A stretch of DNA of 64,000 nucleotides. It comes from Somniosus microcephalus. Its lineage: Eukaryota. The notes below the pieces were generated by a model that worked only from the letters and a program-made list of their open reading frames with translations, was not told the origin of the DNA and did no database searches. Shown in pieces: positions 25,901 through 39,564 of the stretch; positions within the stretch are counted from its first letter, which is position 1, and every line of letters starts with the position of its first letter. The stretch spans positions 17,112,001 to 17,176,000 of the forward strand of contig CM126230.1 of the NCBI GenBank assembly GCA_052327205.1. Direction: 5' to 3'. A program made the translations under genes and the position numbers.

Positions 25901-26647
25901 GGCCCAGAAATTCGGGTCTCCACGGGTGAGTACGCATGGGGTACTCATGCGTAAGCCCAATGGAAGTGCCAGTTTCGTGCATGCACTGCGCATGCGCGGG
26001 AAACCGGCACTTCCGTTCCCCTGAAAGAAGGTGTTAAGAAGTGGAACGCGTGCACAGGAGAGGCAGCGCGTGCGCATTGAACTTACATTTTTTTTGCAGG
26101 TTTTCCCGGGAAGGTAAGTCTCCAGAAGTTAGACATGTAAAAAGCAGTCGCAGGGCCTGCTTTTTACAAGGTAAGTGGTGAATTAATTAAAATTAAAACT
26201 TTTTTTCCACAGGTTTATTATTTTTAAATACTTTAAAGCAAGGTAAGTTTATTTTTAGCCGCTAGAAAATAAAATTATTTTTTTCAAAAATTTAAATTAT
26301 TGTTTAAAAGTTATTTCATGTTATTTATAGTTTATTTTAAAAATGTGATTTAAAAAAAAAATTATTTGAAGATTTAGTGATGTTTTAGGGCTTATAGTAT
26401 TTATAGGTTTGACAGGCTTATGAATGAAGCATTCCCTGCTACCATTGGCTCTCCATGGCCCACGTGATCCCAGGGGACGCATCAAACTAACTGCGCCCCT
26501 GGGATACGCAAGCACTGCGCGCCGGCAGTTGGAGGAGGCCCAGGATCGCAATTCCACGGGGGCCCACAGCTCAACGGCTGGCGCGGTAGGTAAGTGCAGG
26601 TCGAGGGCTTACACCTGCGGGAAGCCCCCGACCCGAATTTCTGGGCC
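25901..26647 (+). mobile_element. PIF/Harbinger-like non-autonomous element (family B), nested in a tRNA-headed retroposon
   Basis: TIR GGCCCAGAAATTCGGGT / ACCCGAATTTCTGGGCC; 3-bp TSD AAT. Confidence 0.82.
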
Positions 26648-26977
26648 AATCAGTGCCAGCCTTGCCAGCGACTCCCACATGCCAAGAATGATTTTTTTTA
26701 AATACTGAAATTAATCTGAAGGATTTTTTATTGAAAATGTTGTATTCTTGAAAGATGTAATAGGAATTAATTTAAGTGGTGCGCTATTCTTACCAGGAAT
26801 GTCTTAACCAGGATGGTTAGATCTGACACTACTGCAGCTGTCAAACATTAATTCAAATCTTAGTTTTAAGCTTGAAATCTAAAAGAACCTCAGTTACTTA
26901 CCAAGATGTTTGTTATTTGGTACCAAGGTTTGGAAACACTTAAATCATTGATCTGGTACTTTATTTTTCCCCTGTAG

Positions 26978-27077
26978 GATTCAACAAAAGTGAGAAAACG
27001 GAGAACCATTGAGTGCTGCAAGACCGACTTCTGTAACAAGGATTTGCACCCAACGCTTACTCCAATTTCTAATTCAG
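26978..27077 (+). CDS. BMPR1A: BMPR1A exon, Cys box ([27 protein letters not shown])
   Basis: cctgtag|GAT ... TCAG|gtaag; CCx4CN cysteine box; phase compatible with neighbours. Confidence 0.96.
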
Positions 27078-28553
27078 GTAAGCTGTAGATAGAGCTTGCA
27101 GTTTCTGGATGTCTGAACTTTTCTGTCTCATTAAAATGACATAATTGACATTCTTAACTCGTACAGTATTTTAATTGGGAAAATGTGTAAGATTTCAAAT
27201 CTAACTTGGAAAATATTATTGATAACTTCCATTTGAAACTTGTGTTTCTGATGCCTTATGTTAATTTTATGGTTCAGGGTTTTTGGCAGTTTCAATTTCC
27301 TCACCTGTTAATTAGCCTGAAACGTTGGTATGTTTGCACTAGTGCAATTTATCACATCGGTTTTTAAAGCGGGGTGATGCCCATGATTTATACTGGCTTT
27401 GTCATAGTCTGCACTCAGCTGAAATATTGTGATACATGAATTGTATTGGCTCTGTGCTAATCTTTGCTGCAGTGAATCACTTTTGTTTTTCTGTGTTCGT
27501 CTGAACTATTGCGAAGTGTGTGGTCTGTGCTGCCCTTGCAGCATTTGTCTGAAGCACTGTGACATGGGCTTTGCAGTAGTGTGATAGGTAACATATGGCC
27601 AATCCTTACTTGAAGGGTGATGAGTGTAACATTTCTCTACATGTTTACTTGTCTTCAGTACAGGGTAGCTTGAAATTATATTGCTAATAAATTTTTGCAC
27701 AGCAATTCATATACTATTAACTGATTACCCATAGCATTGCACATGGAGAGTCAAGACCAAGAGTAGCCTTCAGATGAAGCAAAGTTAGAAATGGGGATAG
27801 TTGTACCAAGGTGCCCAGATGTAATTCAGCCCCACTTTTAAAGTCGTACTCTACCTTTATTGTGTGATCATTTGATTTTATATCATTTTTAACAGTTACA
27901 TAGCAAAACTTAACAGCAATTTGTGAAGCAGGGATGTAAGAGTTGTTGGGTCATAGGAGTTTCTCTGCGTTATAGGCCGCGGAGCTGGCCGATCCAAAAC
28001 TGGGATGTTACAGCTCCACCACTGGCAGGGCAGTGTAATTAAAGCAATAGAGGTTTACATAGGCAGTTTCCTTTGTAAACGTGAGCATAGGAATTTATAA
28101 TGCATAAAGTTGACATGCAAAACTTATATTGCAGATTTAACGTTTTTGGCATAAGCAACTAAATGACACAATTCTAGTATGAGAGCTATTCTGTAGTACG
28201 AGCTAAGAAAAAGAAAAATGATATATGTTTCCTCCAAGTAAAAAGTGCTAGTTATTAATTTTACTAGTAAAACTTCCTATATTTTAATGGAATTCATTTA
28301 TGTCATACACTTCTAGCCATTGATTTAAGTGTTCTGATCATGAGCCATTATGGACTTTTTTTGCTGAACACCCTCCTCACTATCAGAAGGTGTCTTGTAA
28401 TTAGTCAAATTAACTTGGGTAAATCTTTTGCATTTTGTGATGTGCATTTTGCCATTACAGCTGTGATTGTCATCAATGCATTGGTGATGTGCCCAGTGGC
28501 ATTTGATGCATTATTTTTTGATGTTTTTTAACATGACCTTTCCTTGCAAACAG

Positions 28554-28653
28554 ATGGGCTATTTGAGGGTGATGTCCACCGGTTAGGCCTGCTGATCTCA
28601 CTGATCGTCTGCATCTTTGTCCTGATTATAATCACAACTGCTTTCTACTTCAG
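28554..28653 (+). CDS. BMPR1A: BMPR1A exon, transmembrane helix (GLFEGDVHRLGLLISLIVCIFVLIIITTAFYF)
   Basis: aaacag|AT ... CAG|gtaag; 100 nt; hydrophobic segment; phases fit. Confidence 0.94.
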
Positions 28654-29194
28654 GTAAGAGCTGATTTGAGTGTATTTTAAGGGGAAAGTCGAGTCACACG
28701 TGTTTCACTTGTTCCAGCTATTGGCAGTTTCTTAAATTTTTACATTTTAAGTGCTGCATTAATACAAAATCTATAGTTTTAGTTGATGTTCCTAGGGTTT
28801 TAGCCTTTTATGTAGAAAAAGTTTCATTGGTCTAGGCAATTGGTTACTTTTAGATAAAGCCACTAATAAACAAAGGGTAGCAAATCAGCTAGTGCGGTGT
28901 AATTCCTTTTGGGACATTTTATTATGTTAAAGGTGCTATGTAAATATAAGAAGTTGTTCTGTAACAGGGTGGGACACCAAGGAAAGACAAGAACCTACCA
29001 TGCTTGTGAGGTGGCCATTTCTTAATTCATTAATTGCAGGGTTTTTCCTAATGCCATCCATGGAGCAACTGCCTGGAGCATTACTGTCTTCACTTGCAGC
29101 TCAGGATATGCGCCAAACTGGCCTGAAAATGCAAGTCATGAGAGTCCCGCTACCAGCTTGTACACTGCTTACTCTTGTTTGTACCTAGAGGTTG

Positions 29195-30140
29195 AACAAC
29201 AACAACAATTTGCATTTATATAGTGCCTTTAACATAGTAAAATGTCCCAAGGTGCTTCACAGGAGCGTTATGAAACAAAATTTGACCCCGAGCCACACAA
29301 GGAGATATTAGGACAGATGACAAAAAGCTTGATCAAAGAGGTAGGTTTTAAGGAGCATTTTAAAGGAGGAGAGGTTTAGGGAGGGAATTGCAGAGTTTAG
29401 GACCTAGATAGCTGAAAACACGGCTGCCATTGGTGGAGCAATTAAAATAGGGGCTGTGTAAGAGGCCAGAATTGGAGGAGGTTACAGAGATCGGGAGGGG
29501 CGAGGCCATGGAGGGATTTGAAAACAAGGATGAGAATTTTAAAATTGAGGCGTTGCCGGACTGGGAGCCAATGAAGGTCAGCGAGCACAGGTGATGGGTG
29601 AACGGGACTAGTGCGAGTTAGGAAATGGACAGCAGAGTTTTGGATGAGCTGAAGTTTATGGAGGGTGGAAGATGGGAGGCTGACCAGGGGAGTGTTGGAA
29701 TAGTCGAGTCTAAGGTAACAAAGGCATGGATGAGGGTTTCAGCAGCAGATGAGCTGAGGCAAGAGCGGAGACGGGCAATGTTACGGAGGTGGAAGTAGGC
29801 GGTCTTGGTGATGGCGCGGAAATGTGGTCGAAAGCTCATCTCGGTGTCAAATACAACACCAAGGTTGTGAACAATCTGGTTCAGCCTCAGACAGTTGCCA
29901 GGGAGAGGGATGGAGTCGGTGGCTAGGGAACGGAGTTTGTGGCGGGGACCGAAGACAATGGCTTCGGTTTGCCCAATATTTAGTTGGAGGAAATTTCTGC
30001 TCACCCAGTACTAGATGTCGGACAAGCAGTCTGACAATTTAGAGACAGTGGAGAGGTTGAAAGAGGTGGTGGTGAGGTAGAGCTGGGTGTCATCAGCGTA
30101 CATGTGGAAACTGACGTCGTGTTTTTGGATGATGTCGAAG
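29195..30140 (-). mobile_element. L2-clade LINE 3' fragment
   Basis: YADD-region to tail on the - strand (NFLQLNIGQTEAIVF...AAETLIHAFV); (AAC)n tail at about 29195-29208. Confidence 0.82.
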
Positions 30141-30918
30141 GAATGAAGAGGAATGTTACAATACCAGTCATAGGATTGGTCTTCCTCATTCGTTGGAAGA
30201 AATTAACCCTCTTTGTACAAATCTCCGTTCTCGCGTGTTTCAGTGCTCTTATGGTTAATTGGAGTCTGATTGATGCCCGATCTGGCAAAGAACTGAAAGT
30301 GTGGCCTGAATGAGGCCTCGGGTACAGCAGAGTAGTGGATGGTCATACAATCACAAACTTTCTAAAGAAACCATGTCACCCAGTGGTGATTAGCACATTG
30401 TATTTGTAGGCACTTTCTAATCTAGCATTTTTCACAGGCTTAATGGTAGCACCATTAGAAAGTAATGGGCTCAAGCCTCACTGCAGAAACTTGAGCACAT
30501 AATGTAGGCTGACACTTCAGTGCAGTTCTCGGGGAGTGCTGCACTGCCACAGGTGCCTTCTTTTGGATTAGATGTTAAACCGAAGCTTCATCTGCCTCCT
30601 TGCTTCTATTCTTTCTTACTTATTTCCACTTTAAAGCCACCCAGTTTGTGCGAGTCTCAGGAGATATAAGATCTGTGCAGCTCAAAATACCTCTCTTGTG
30701 ATTATATGTACTTCAATCTTGTTTCGGATATCTTGTTTCCTTTTTGTTGTTGCCATACAATGGAGAATGATGTTTATTTGTAAGCAGGTATTCCATTGTT
30801 TTCCTGAAAGCTGAACTTTATTCTATTGCCTGTGCAGTGTTTTTTCCCCCTTTCTTGGCTTGTGGCATACTAAAAGTGATTGAATAGCAAAGGATGCTGA
30901 ATACCAACTATTTTTTAG

Positions 30919-31057
30919 GTACAAGGGGCAGGCAGACAGACGGCGCTACAACCGGGATCTTGAACAGGACGTGGCCTTCATTCCGCCAGGCGAGTCACTG
31001 AAAGACTTGATTGACCAGTCACAGAGCTCAGGTAGTGGATCTGGGCTCCCTCTATTG
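30919..31057 (+). CDS. BMPR1A: BMPR1A exon, juxtamembrane region and GS box ([11 protein letters not shown]...[14 protein letters not shown])
   Basis: ttttag|G ... TTG|gtaag; [10 protein letters not shown] is BMPR1A-type; SGSGSG GS motif. Confidence 0.97.
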
Positions 31058-33757
31058 GTAAGAGCACAATTTACACACCTTCCCTTACCCTACCACATGC
31101 AAAATATCAAGGACTCCGACCCAGAATGGCTGAGCTGGCAGCTTGATGTCCAATGTTTTTGTTTTTGCCCTGTTTAATAAATAGCTTTTCCATCTGTATC
31201 TCCTACCAGACAAAAAGGTTTGCTTCTAGGCCTCTATCAATCTTGCCATTAGAATTTACATGAGGTTGGCCTCAGCTGCCTCACCCTTTTTACCTCCCAT
31301 TCCCTAGCTGGAGAAACACCAGCTCTCTATTTTTCCACTTCCCCCATTCCCCCGCTGTGTCTCCTCGCCCTCAGCTGCAATCGGGAACTTACCTGCTACC
31401 CCAGGACACAGCACCTTACCTGTAACTGTAAGGTATTTATTTTCCAAAGAGACAAACTAGCTGTCAGATATTTCCCCAGTTTTCACAAAAATATCTGAAG
31501 GAACAGAGAACTAAACTCCCAACACCTGAACAAGTTTATTATTTCCATTCTATTGTGAATCTGTATATAGTTACCAAAAAGATAGGTTTTAACTACACAA
31601 ATCAACATTCAGAGATCTTCAGTTACAGAAAGTATACAAGCCTCCCGCTGATGATCGCACAAATTACAAAGGCTCGTTATGGGATCAAAAATGGTTGCAT
31701 ATTGCCCACTTTATGATGTCATAATTATGGGTGAGGAAGGCAATTATTTCATTTAACAGAAATACCCTAAAGTCCTCCTCCCATTGCAGCATTCCATTGG
31801 TTCTTAAACGATTCCAGTGTTTTTGCCTCTACTTACTCTATCCCAAAGTTCATTCCATGCGTTGATCACTTTGTGTGTGAATATCAGTCCTAAATTTGCA
31901 TTTTACTAGTGGGCCTTTCCTACATTTGCAGCTAATTTTAATTTTCCTGATGTACCTTGACACACTTGTATCGCTCTCTAAGATCCCCTCTCGGATGTCT
32001 CCTTTCAAGACGAAAAAGCCCAAGTTGCTCCAGATTTCTCCCCCCATAACTCAGACCTCTAGGACTAGGGATCAGCTTTGTGACTTCCTCCACGTTTGAA
32101 TGTTTCCCTCAGGAAAAAAAGAAAAAGAATTTGCATTTATATATCGTGTTTCACATACTCAGAACAATGTGACAATTGTTTCGATAACGTCTGATAATTT
32201 GAAATGAGATTAAGTAAAACTAATAGATCAATTCATAAAGGACTAAGTGGGTCACCAACTGCAAAAGAGCAAAGGAAAATGTGAGCTCAGAGTGTGTTGG
32301 GGGAGATGGTATAACCAATATGGTGGGCATTATTCATATTGACATTCATCGTTAAACCATATAATCCAGTAGTTAATAAAAAAGCAAATTAGACCTTCAT
32401 ATTATTATAGATCCATCAAACAATCCTCCTTGTATGTTGTTGTCACTAGAATTTTATTAAAGCATACTGCCCCAGCAGTACAGTTAGATCAAAGATTTTG
32501 CACTTCCAAACTCGAGTTTCAAGTGCATCGGCCTGCTCTCCGAGCACAGTAGCACACTATTGTAGCAAATCAGTACACTATTGGAGCACAATGGTGCACT
32601 ATTAAAGCACGTTGGCATGCTATTAAAGTGCTTCGGTCAGCTGTTAAAGCGTATTGGAATTCTCCTAAAATATTGGTTCAAGTGAAATTTTTCCTGCAGT
32701 ATATTGGTGCCAATGTGCTAAATAAACCCAGTAACATTGTAAGAATATAGAGAACAGCAACTCAACACTGCATTGTCACATAGGTACACAATGAAATATT
32801 TATCAAATGAGCCTTTGCATAACTGTTAAAATTATTCAGACTAATATGCTCTTAACTACTCAATAAAATGGTTGAACATTTTTGTGTTGCTCTTGTGAGG
32901 CAAATTAGCGATAGCTGCAGCTTTTGTGTAATCTGGTGAGCCTTGCTTAGCGTAAAATTTGAGAGAGAGCAAAGAAGCGAGCAACAAAGGTGATTCTAGG
33001 TATCAGAAATTCAAGTTCTAAAGAAAGATGAAGGCAATTGGTTTTTTTTCTTTTGAAGCAAGGAGGCCTCATAATGACCCATTAGTGAACTTTTCAAGAT
33101 AATGAAGGAGCTCGAGCAAGATAAATTCACCATAGTGAAAAGTTCAAAGGGGAGTAAAGTTAAAAATCAAGCTGTTACTAGTAAAAAGGGAAGTCAGATT
33201 TCCCAGAGGATAACAGGCTTGTGGAATAAGATACCAGGGAAGGCCATTGAACTAGAGATTATCAATAGATTAGAGAAAAAATTAGATACGTTTGTGAAAA
33301 GAGAAGGGATTGAGGAGTCGTGAGAAGGCTCATAGCTGGGGTTTAATTATAGAAAGGTACAACTTTGTTGGGCCTATTGGCCTTTTCCTGATACTAAAAA
33401 TTCTAAATTCTAACCTGTTTATTAATCTAGGTCATTCATATTTTCTGTTTTTAAAGCAAGTATTAATTCCCCCCTGCACCATCACCCATCTTTCCTCAGC
33501 CGAGTGAACAGGCAGGAGAACTACTTTCAATCTTCTGCCAACTGCTTGTTAGCCAACCTTCAGAAGAGCAACCCAAGAACAATTGTTAACTTTTGGTTTT
33601 CCCTCCTTTGCTTGTGTGGAAGGGCTTAGCCTGGGCACCAACCAGTGGCATTGTTGAAATTAGAAACTGAATGGGTAACAAGTTCAAAATGTGAACTCTC
33701 ATCCTAAAGTGCCTTGAACCACAGCATTCTTTTCGATAAAGTTGAAGGCATAGATAC

Positions 33758-33909
33758 TCTATTGAAGACTGAGCTGACTTAAAAGCATAGACATTTTCAC
33801 TGATGTGAGTAAGGGACAGTGGTAGCTCCAGAATCTATTGAAGACTGAGCTGACTTAAAAGCATAGACATTTTCACTGATGTGAGTAAGGGACAGTGGTA
33901 GCTCCAGAA
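33758..33909. repeat. Perfect 76-bp tandem duplication
   Basis: 33758-33833 is identical to 33834-33909. Confidence 0.95.
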
Positions 33910-36093
33910 AGAATATTTGAAAGAAAACAATGTTTTCACATATATAACATTTGCTGCTATGTCAAGTCTCCCAGCTATGAAAGGCCTACTAAAATAACAC
34001 ATCTGGTAAATCCACCTTTGGTCAGCTGATATTCAGATGTGCAGGGATTGGTATCCTTTCCACTGCTGCATATAGGTTATGGCATTCAAATCCAATGGTC
34101 TCGGGTTTCCTGAAGGCAGAGACCCATGATGGAAAATGGGTTCCTACCTGCCATCAGCCTCTGGTATCTAGCCATGTAATGTGTGACAGTGACCATTGGT
34201 GGATTGTACAACCATGGGTGTCACATTTGAGCCCGATTCTGCTCTCAGCTAACCTACACACGTGTACACTCGCACACGCACGCTTTTGCAGCTGGGATTA
34301 CTGGATAGTGATGAGAAGCAGAATCTTGCTTATTTTTCTCTTGTCTAGCCTGGAGGTAATGAGGCCAATTATAGCGCCACCGCCCTGGCTGAGATGAACT
34401 ATTTCAGTACAGAGATTGAACCTATCGCCATACTGCTTTGTTTGACTAAATGATACACCGCAATAAACATACACCCTTTGAACCATTGAGGGAACTGGTG
34501 TAGCCAAGTTTAATGGCAGCTGACCAAAGAGGAAGCCACCAATAAATCATTTGAAAGGACCTTCCTAACAAGGAGGACCTAACTGACAGGTCTTCAAGGG
34601 ACTGCACTTGCACTAGAAAAACAGAAAACATCTTGAAATGAACAGAATTCAATTCCAAATTCTGACAGCAGTTTATCATTAGAATTTTGCTACTGCATTT
34701 GGAGAAGAACCAAACTGTTTGCAGGTGCAAGTCTCCACAGGATCCATTTTGTGAATGGATTATTGAGTATGAAGCTGCAGGCACTAAATGGAAAATGGGT
34801 CATGTTCTTCCTGGAATGTGGCTGCAATATTTGGTCTCTCTCTCTCAGCTGTTTGTGCTTTTTGGTGTGGAGTTGCAATCTCAGCTGTTGCTGTCAGCTT
34901 CAGAAATGCAGATATCACAAGTGTGCTGTTTTGTGGAACTGGGATGGACAGAATAGATCATTTCTCTTGTTGTATTCCTGAATGAACAAGAACTGTCGTT
35001 ACTTCAAATGAGAAATATTATATAGCATTTCTTATTTTACCAACTAATGGTACAGTGGTGACAGTTCAGAGATGCTACGTAGCCAGTTGTGAACATCAGA
35101 ATGCTGAGCTACTGGTATGGAAACTTTTATAAAACAATTTTTTTTACTGTACCAGGAATGAACATGCAGCAATATAATCCAAACTTAGATATGTACAAAC
35201 CAGTTAAGCTTTACTTTTGCAGTTTATCATGTTATCTGAAACTCCTTGATTAGATTACATCCAAGCAGTACCTGTCCAAATACCTACTCTATATCTAACC
35301 AGCTAGCTGGCTGATTGATGCATTGAAATGAAGATTTTCACAGCACTGTGGGAGGGCTTCCTCTGTAAATGTAACCCTCACACACTGCTGTGAAATGCAG
35401 CAATGTTTTCGGACCTCAGTCATGCATATACAGTAGTGTATATATCTGTTTAGGCACTTTTATAGTGACTACTCTGGTATTTTACTTCTAATTCTGGAAT
35501 GCCCCCCCCACTTCCCTTATTTTAACAGACGTGGGTAACAGTAGGAATGTTGTACTATAAATAAGGATCTTTAAAGTCAGTGTTTATTGCCAATTTAAAA
35601 ACTCAAAAGGCTCTTCAAATTTTATTTTTAGTGTTTTTTTTAAAAAAAGGTAACAGTGAGGACAAAATTGGATCCTAAAAACCCCAGGTAAATTCAGACA
35701 AAATCAGTTTAAAATATATATATATATATATATTGAACATCACTAAATCTCAAAACAAGCAAGATATTTAAAAAAGGTACAGTTTTTGGATACCACGTTC
35801 ATGGGGCTTTGCACTTGATCCCTAGATAGTTTTTTTTTATACCTTTAGTTATTTATAGTTTATGTAAAACATGTATGCAACTGAGTCTAAGATTGCACAC
35901 TGCTGTATACAGAACTCTGCTCCAGTCCAGTGCTACTGCTGCTTGCCAATAACTGGTACAGCCCTAGTATGTGCAGGGATTGAAAAGCCATTACCTTTGA
36001 ACATTAATTTGAGCACTTGTGTTTTGCCATTGTATTGTCGATAATGAACTCCTGTTTTCTTACTCTCTTTCTCTCCCCCCACCCCCCAACTAG

Positions 36094-36309
<216 letters not shown>

Positions 36310-37049
36310 TAGAATACGTCATACACAGGTTAACGTTATAGGAAAGCTGCAGAGGAGATCTGATTTCTGTGCCAGCATTTCTCACTGGCTGTTGTGCTTT
36401 CCTGAGAGATGTCATACAAATTCACTGTCTGGGTAGGAGTTGCTGCACAGAATGTGAAATACTTGGTTTGTTTTCTTGCTACATCTTCTCCCCACACCCC
36501 CCATTTTGTTTCCTATTATGTTCCCCCATCATTTTTATACTTGTTTTTCTTTACTTTGTCTCTTTCCAGCTACAGGTGAAAGAGATCAGCTTTTTATTTT
36601 TAAAGGCAAAAATGACCTGTAGTGCTCGAGAATGAAACGGCTTTAATCTACAGCAGCTGCAGCTTACTCTGTACCTGTGTCGGGGAAGTCATGGATCCAT
36701 GATTTTAATAATTGTTTGAAAAGGCATATAGGGCAGTGGTGAGGGTTTGTATAAATCATGTGAAACTCCTCCTTTCAGCAGAACAAATCTTGATGCTGCT
36801 GCCTGTTTGTACCTGCTGTGATCAGGGTTCCCAACCGGAATGGGTAGTTGGTCTCCCCAGCGCCGCTGCTGGCGATCCGGGAGGAACCTTCCTTGCAAGT
36901 GCAGTACCCCAGCTATCGTGGCTTGCAAACAAACTGCGTTGTCTGAGCCCTTCTGGTCTCCCAGTTAGTCAGAAACACTGCATCATTGCCCGTTGTGAGG
37001 ATGACAGCATTGGGGCCAACGTAAATCGGCTGGAAACTTTGAGAGTCCT

Positions 37050-38701
37050 GAGAGAGCAACCGAAGGAGGGAGGGAAAGAGCAACACAAACGAGAGGGAGA
37101 GGGAGCAGCACAAACGAGAGGGAGAGAGAGAGCAGCACAGACGAGCGGGAGAGAGAGAGCAGCACAGACGAGAGGGAGAGGGAGCAGCACAAACGAGAGG
37201 GAGAGAGAGAGCAGCACAGACGAGAGGGAGAGAGAGAGCAGCACAGACGAGAGGGAGAGAGAGCAGCACAAACGAGGAGAGAGAGAGAGCAGCACAAACG
37301 AGGAGAGAGAGAGAGCAGCACAAACGAGGAGAGAGAGAGAGAGCAGCACAAACGAGGAGAGAGAGAGAGAGCAGCACAAACGAGGAGAGAGAGAGAGCAG
37401 CACAAACGAGAGAGAGAGAGCAGCACAAACGAGGAGAGAGAGAGCAGCACAAACGAGAGGGAGAGAGAGAGCAGCACAAATGAGAGGGAGAGAGGGAGCA
37501 GCACAAACGAGAGGGAGAGAGAGCAACACAAACGAGAGGGAGAGAGAGAGCAACACAAACGAGGAGAGAGAGAGCAGCACAAACGAGAGGGAGAGAGAGC
37601 AACACAAACGAGAGGGAGAGAGAGAGCAGCACAAACGAGAGGGAGAGAGAGCAACACAAACGAAGAGAGAGAGAGAGAGCAGCACAAACGAGAGGGAGAG
37701 GGAGCAGCAAAAACGAGGAGAGAGCAACACAAACGAGAGGGAGAGAGAGAGCAGCAAAAATGAGAGAGCAGCACAAACGAGGAGAGAGAGAGCAGCACAA
37801 ACGAGGAGAGAGACAGCAGCACAAATGAGAGGGAGAGAGAGAGCAGCACAAACGAGGAGAGAGAGAGCGGCACAAACGAGAGGGAGAGAGAGAGCAGCAC
37901 AAACGAGGAGAGAGACAGCAGCACAAATGAGAGGGAGAGAGAGAGCAGCAAAAATGAGGAGAGAGAGAGCAGCACAAACGAGGAGAGAGAGCAGCACAAA
38001 CGAGAGGGAGAGAGAGAGCAGCACAAACGAGAAGGAGAGAGAGCAGCACAAACGAGAGGGAGAGAGAGAGCAGCACAAACGAGAGGGAGAGAGAGCAGCA
38101 CAAACGAGAGGGAGAGAGAGAGCAACACAAACGAGAGGGAGAGAGAGAGCAACACAAACGAGGAGAGAGAGAGCAGCACAAACGAGAGGGAGAGAGAGCA
38201 ACACAAGCGAGAGAGAGAGCAGCACGAACGAGAGGGAGAGAGAGCAGCACAAACGAGGAGAGAGACAGCAGCACAAATGAGAGGGAGAGAGAGCAGCAAA
38301 AACGAGGAGAGAGAGAGCAGCACAAACGAGGAGAGAGAGCAGCACAAACGAGAGGGAGAGAGAGCAGCACAAACGAGAGGGAGAGAGAGCAGCACAAACG
38401 AGAGGGAGAGAGAGAGCAGCACAAACGAGAGGGAGAGAGAGAGCAACACAAACGAGAGGGAGAGAGAGAGCAACACAAACGAGGAGAGAGAGAGCAGCAC
38501 AAACGAGAGGGAGAGAGAGCAGCACAAACGAGAGGGAGCAGCACAAATGAGAGGGAGAGAGAGAGAGCAGCACAAACGAGGAGAGAGAGAGCAGCACAAA
38601 CGAAGAGAGAGAGAGCAGCAAAAACGAGAAGGAGAGAGAGAGCAGCACAAACGAAGAGAGAGAGCAGCAAAAACGAGAAGGAGAGAGAGAGCAGCACAAA
38701 C
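37050..38701. repeat. Purine-rich minisatellite, unit about (GA)n-GCAGCACAAACGAG, 22-32 bp
   Basis: Dozens of units are directly visible; almost no T on the + strand. Confidence 0.97.
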
Positions 38702-39564
38702 TTAGAAACACAAACTGGGGAAGGAGAGTTCATATCGGCCTGTGATGTGCGCTGCTGTAAAATGTGTTTTGTTCCGGGAGTCAGGCAGCTCTGGTGTTTC
38801 TCTGAGGACTGAGCCGATTTACTTGGTGTTTCTCATTGCGGTCAGTACAGTAGAAACTTCACAGAAGTAGTTTTTATTTAAACATTACTTATCCGTAATC
38901 TTTCTGTTTTGTGTTCTTTCTTTGATTTATAAATTATGTTATTCATCTCACTATAAAACAAAAAGTCAAATGTTTTATTTGGTATTGGTGATATTAAGAC
39001 ACTCAACTAAGGTAAATGCAATAACATTTGCAAAAAATGGGCAAATGTCATGTGGTTAAGCATCACATAAGCCACGTCACATGATCAAATGCCATGCAAT
39101 CAAATCTCCAGGAATACGTCAAACCAGAGTTGGCAACCCTATCTGTGATTGCAGAGACAGACAGGTTTAAAAAAAAAGAAAATAACACTGGGGCAAGAGG
39201 AAACCGGGAAATAAAAAGAGACACACCCAGAAGTGGGCGTGCAGAGTGAGAAGAAAACTGAAGCGAAGGGGAGAGAGAAAAAGACAGGAGCAAAACAGAG
39301 GGGAAGCAGAAGAGAAAAACAGAAGTGGAGAAGGACAAAAAGCAAAAATAGAAAGGGCAAAACTGAAGTGAAGGGTGGAGAGAAAATGCAGGAGGGAGAG
39401 GGAAAGATAATGGTAGCGTGGTTATCATAAAATATGTCCATGACTTTGTAATTTTTACTAAGATATCCATTAGTCATTATTGTAACTAAACCGTGGTTTA
39501 CTCAAAACGTTATCACAAAGTTACAGCCCTACACATTCCATCAGGCCAAGTGCAATGTCAACTA

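Noticed and set aside
36712-38733. Long ORFs of 522-606 aa on both strands
   Set aside because: Artefacts of a stop-poor minisatellite: low-complexity translations, open in several frames.
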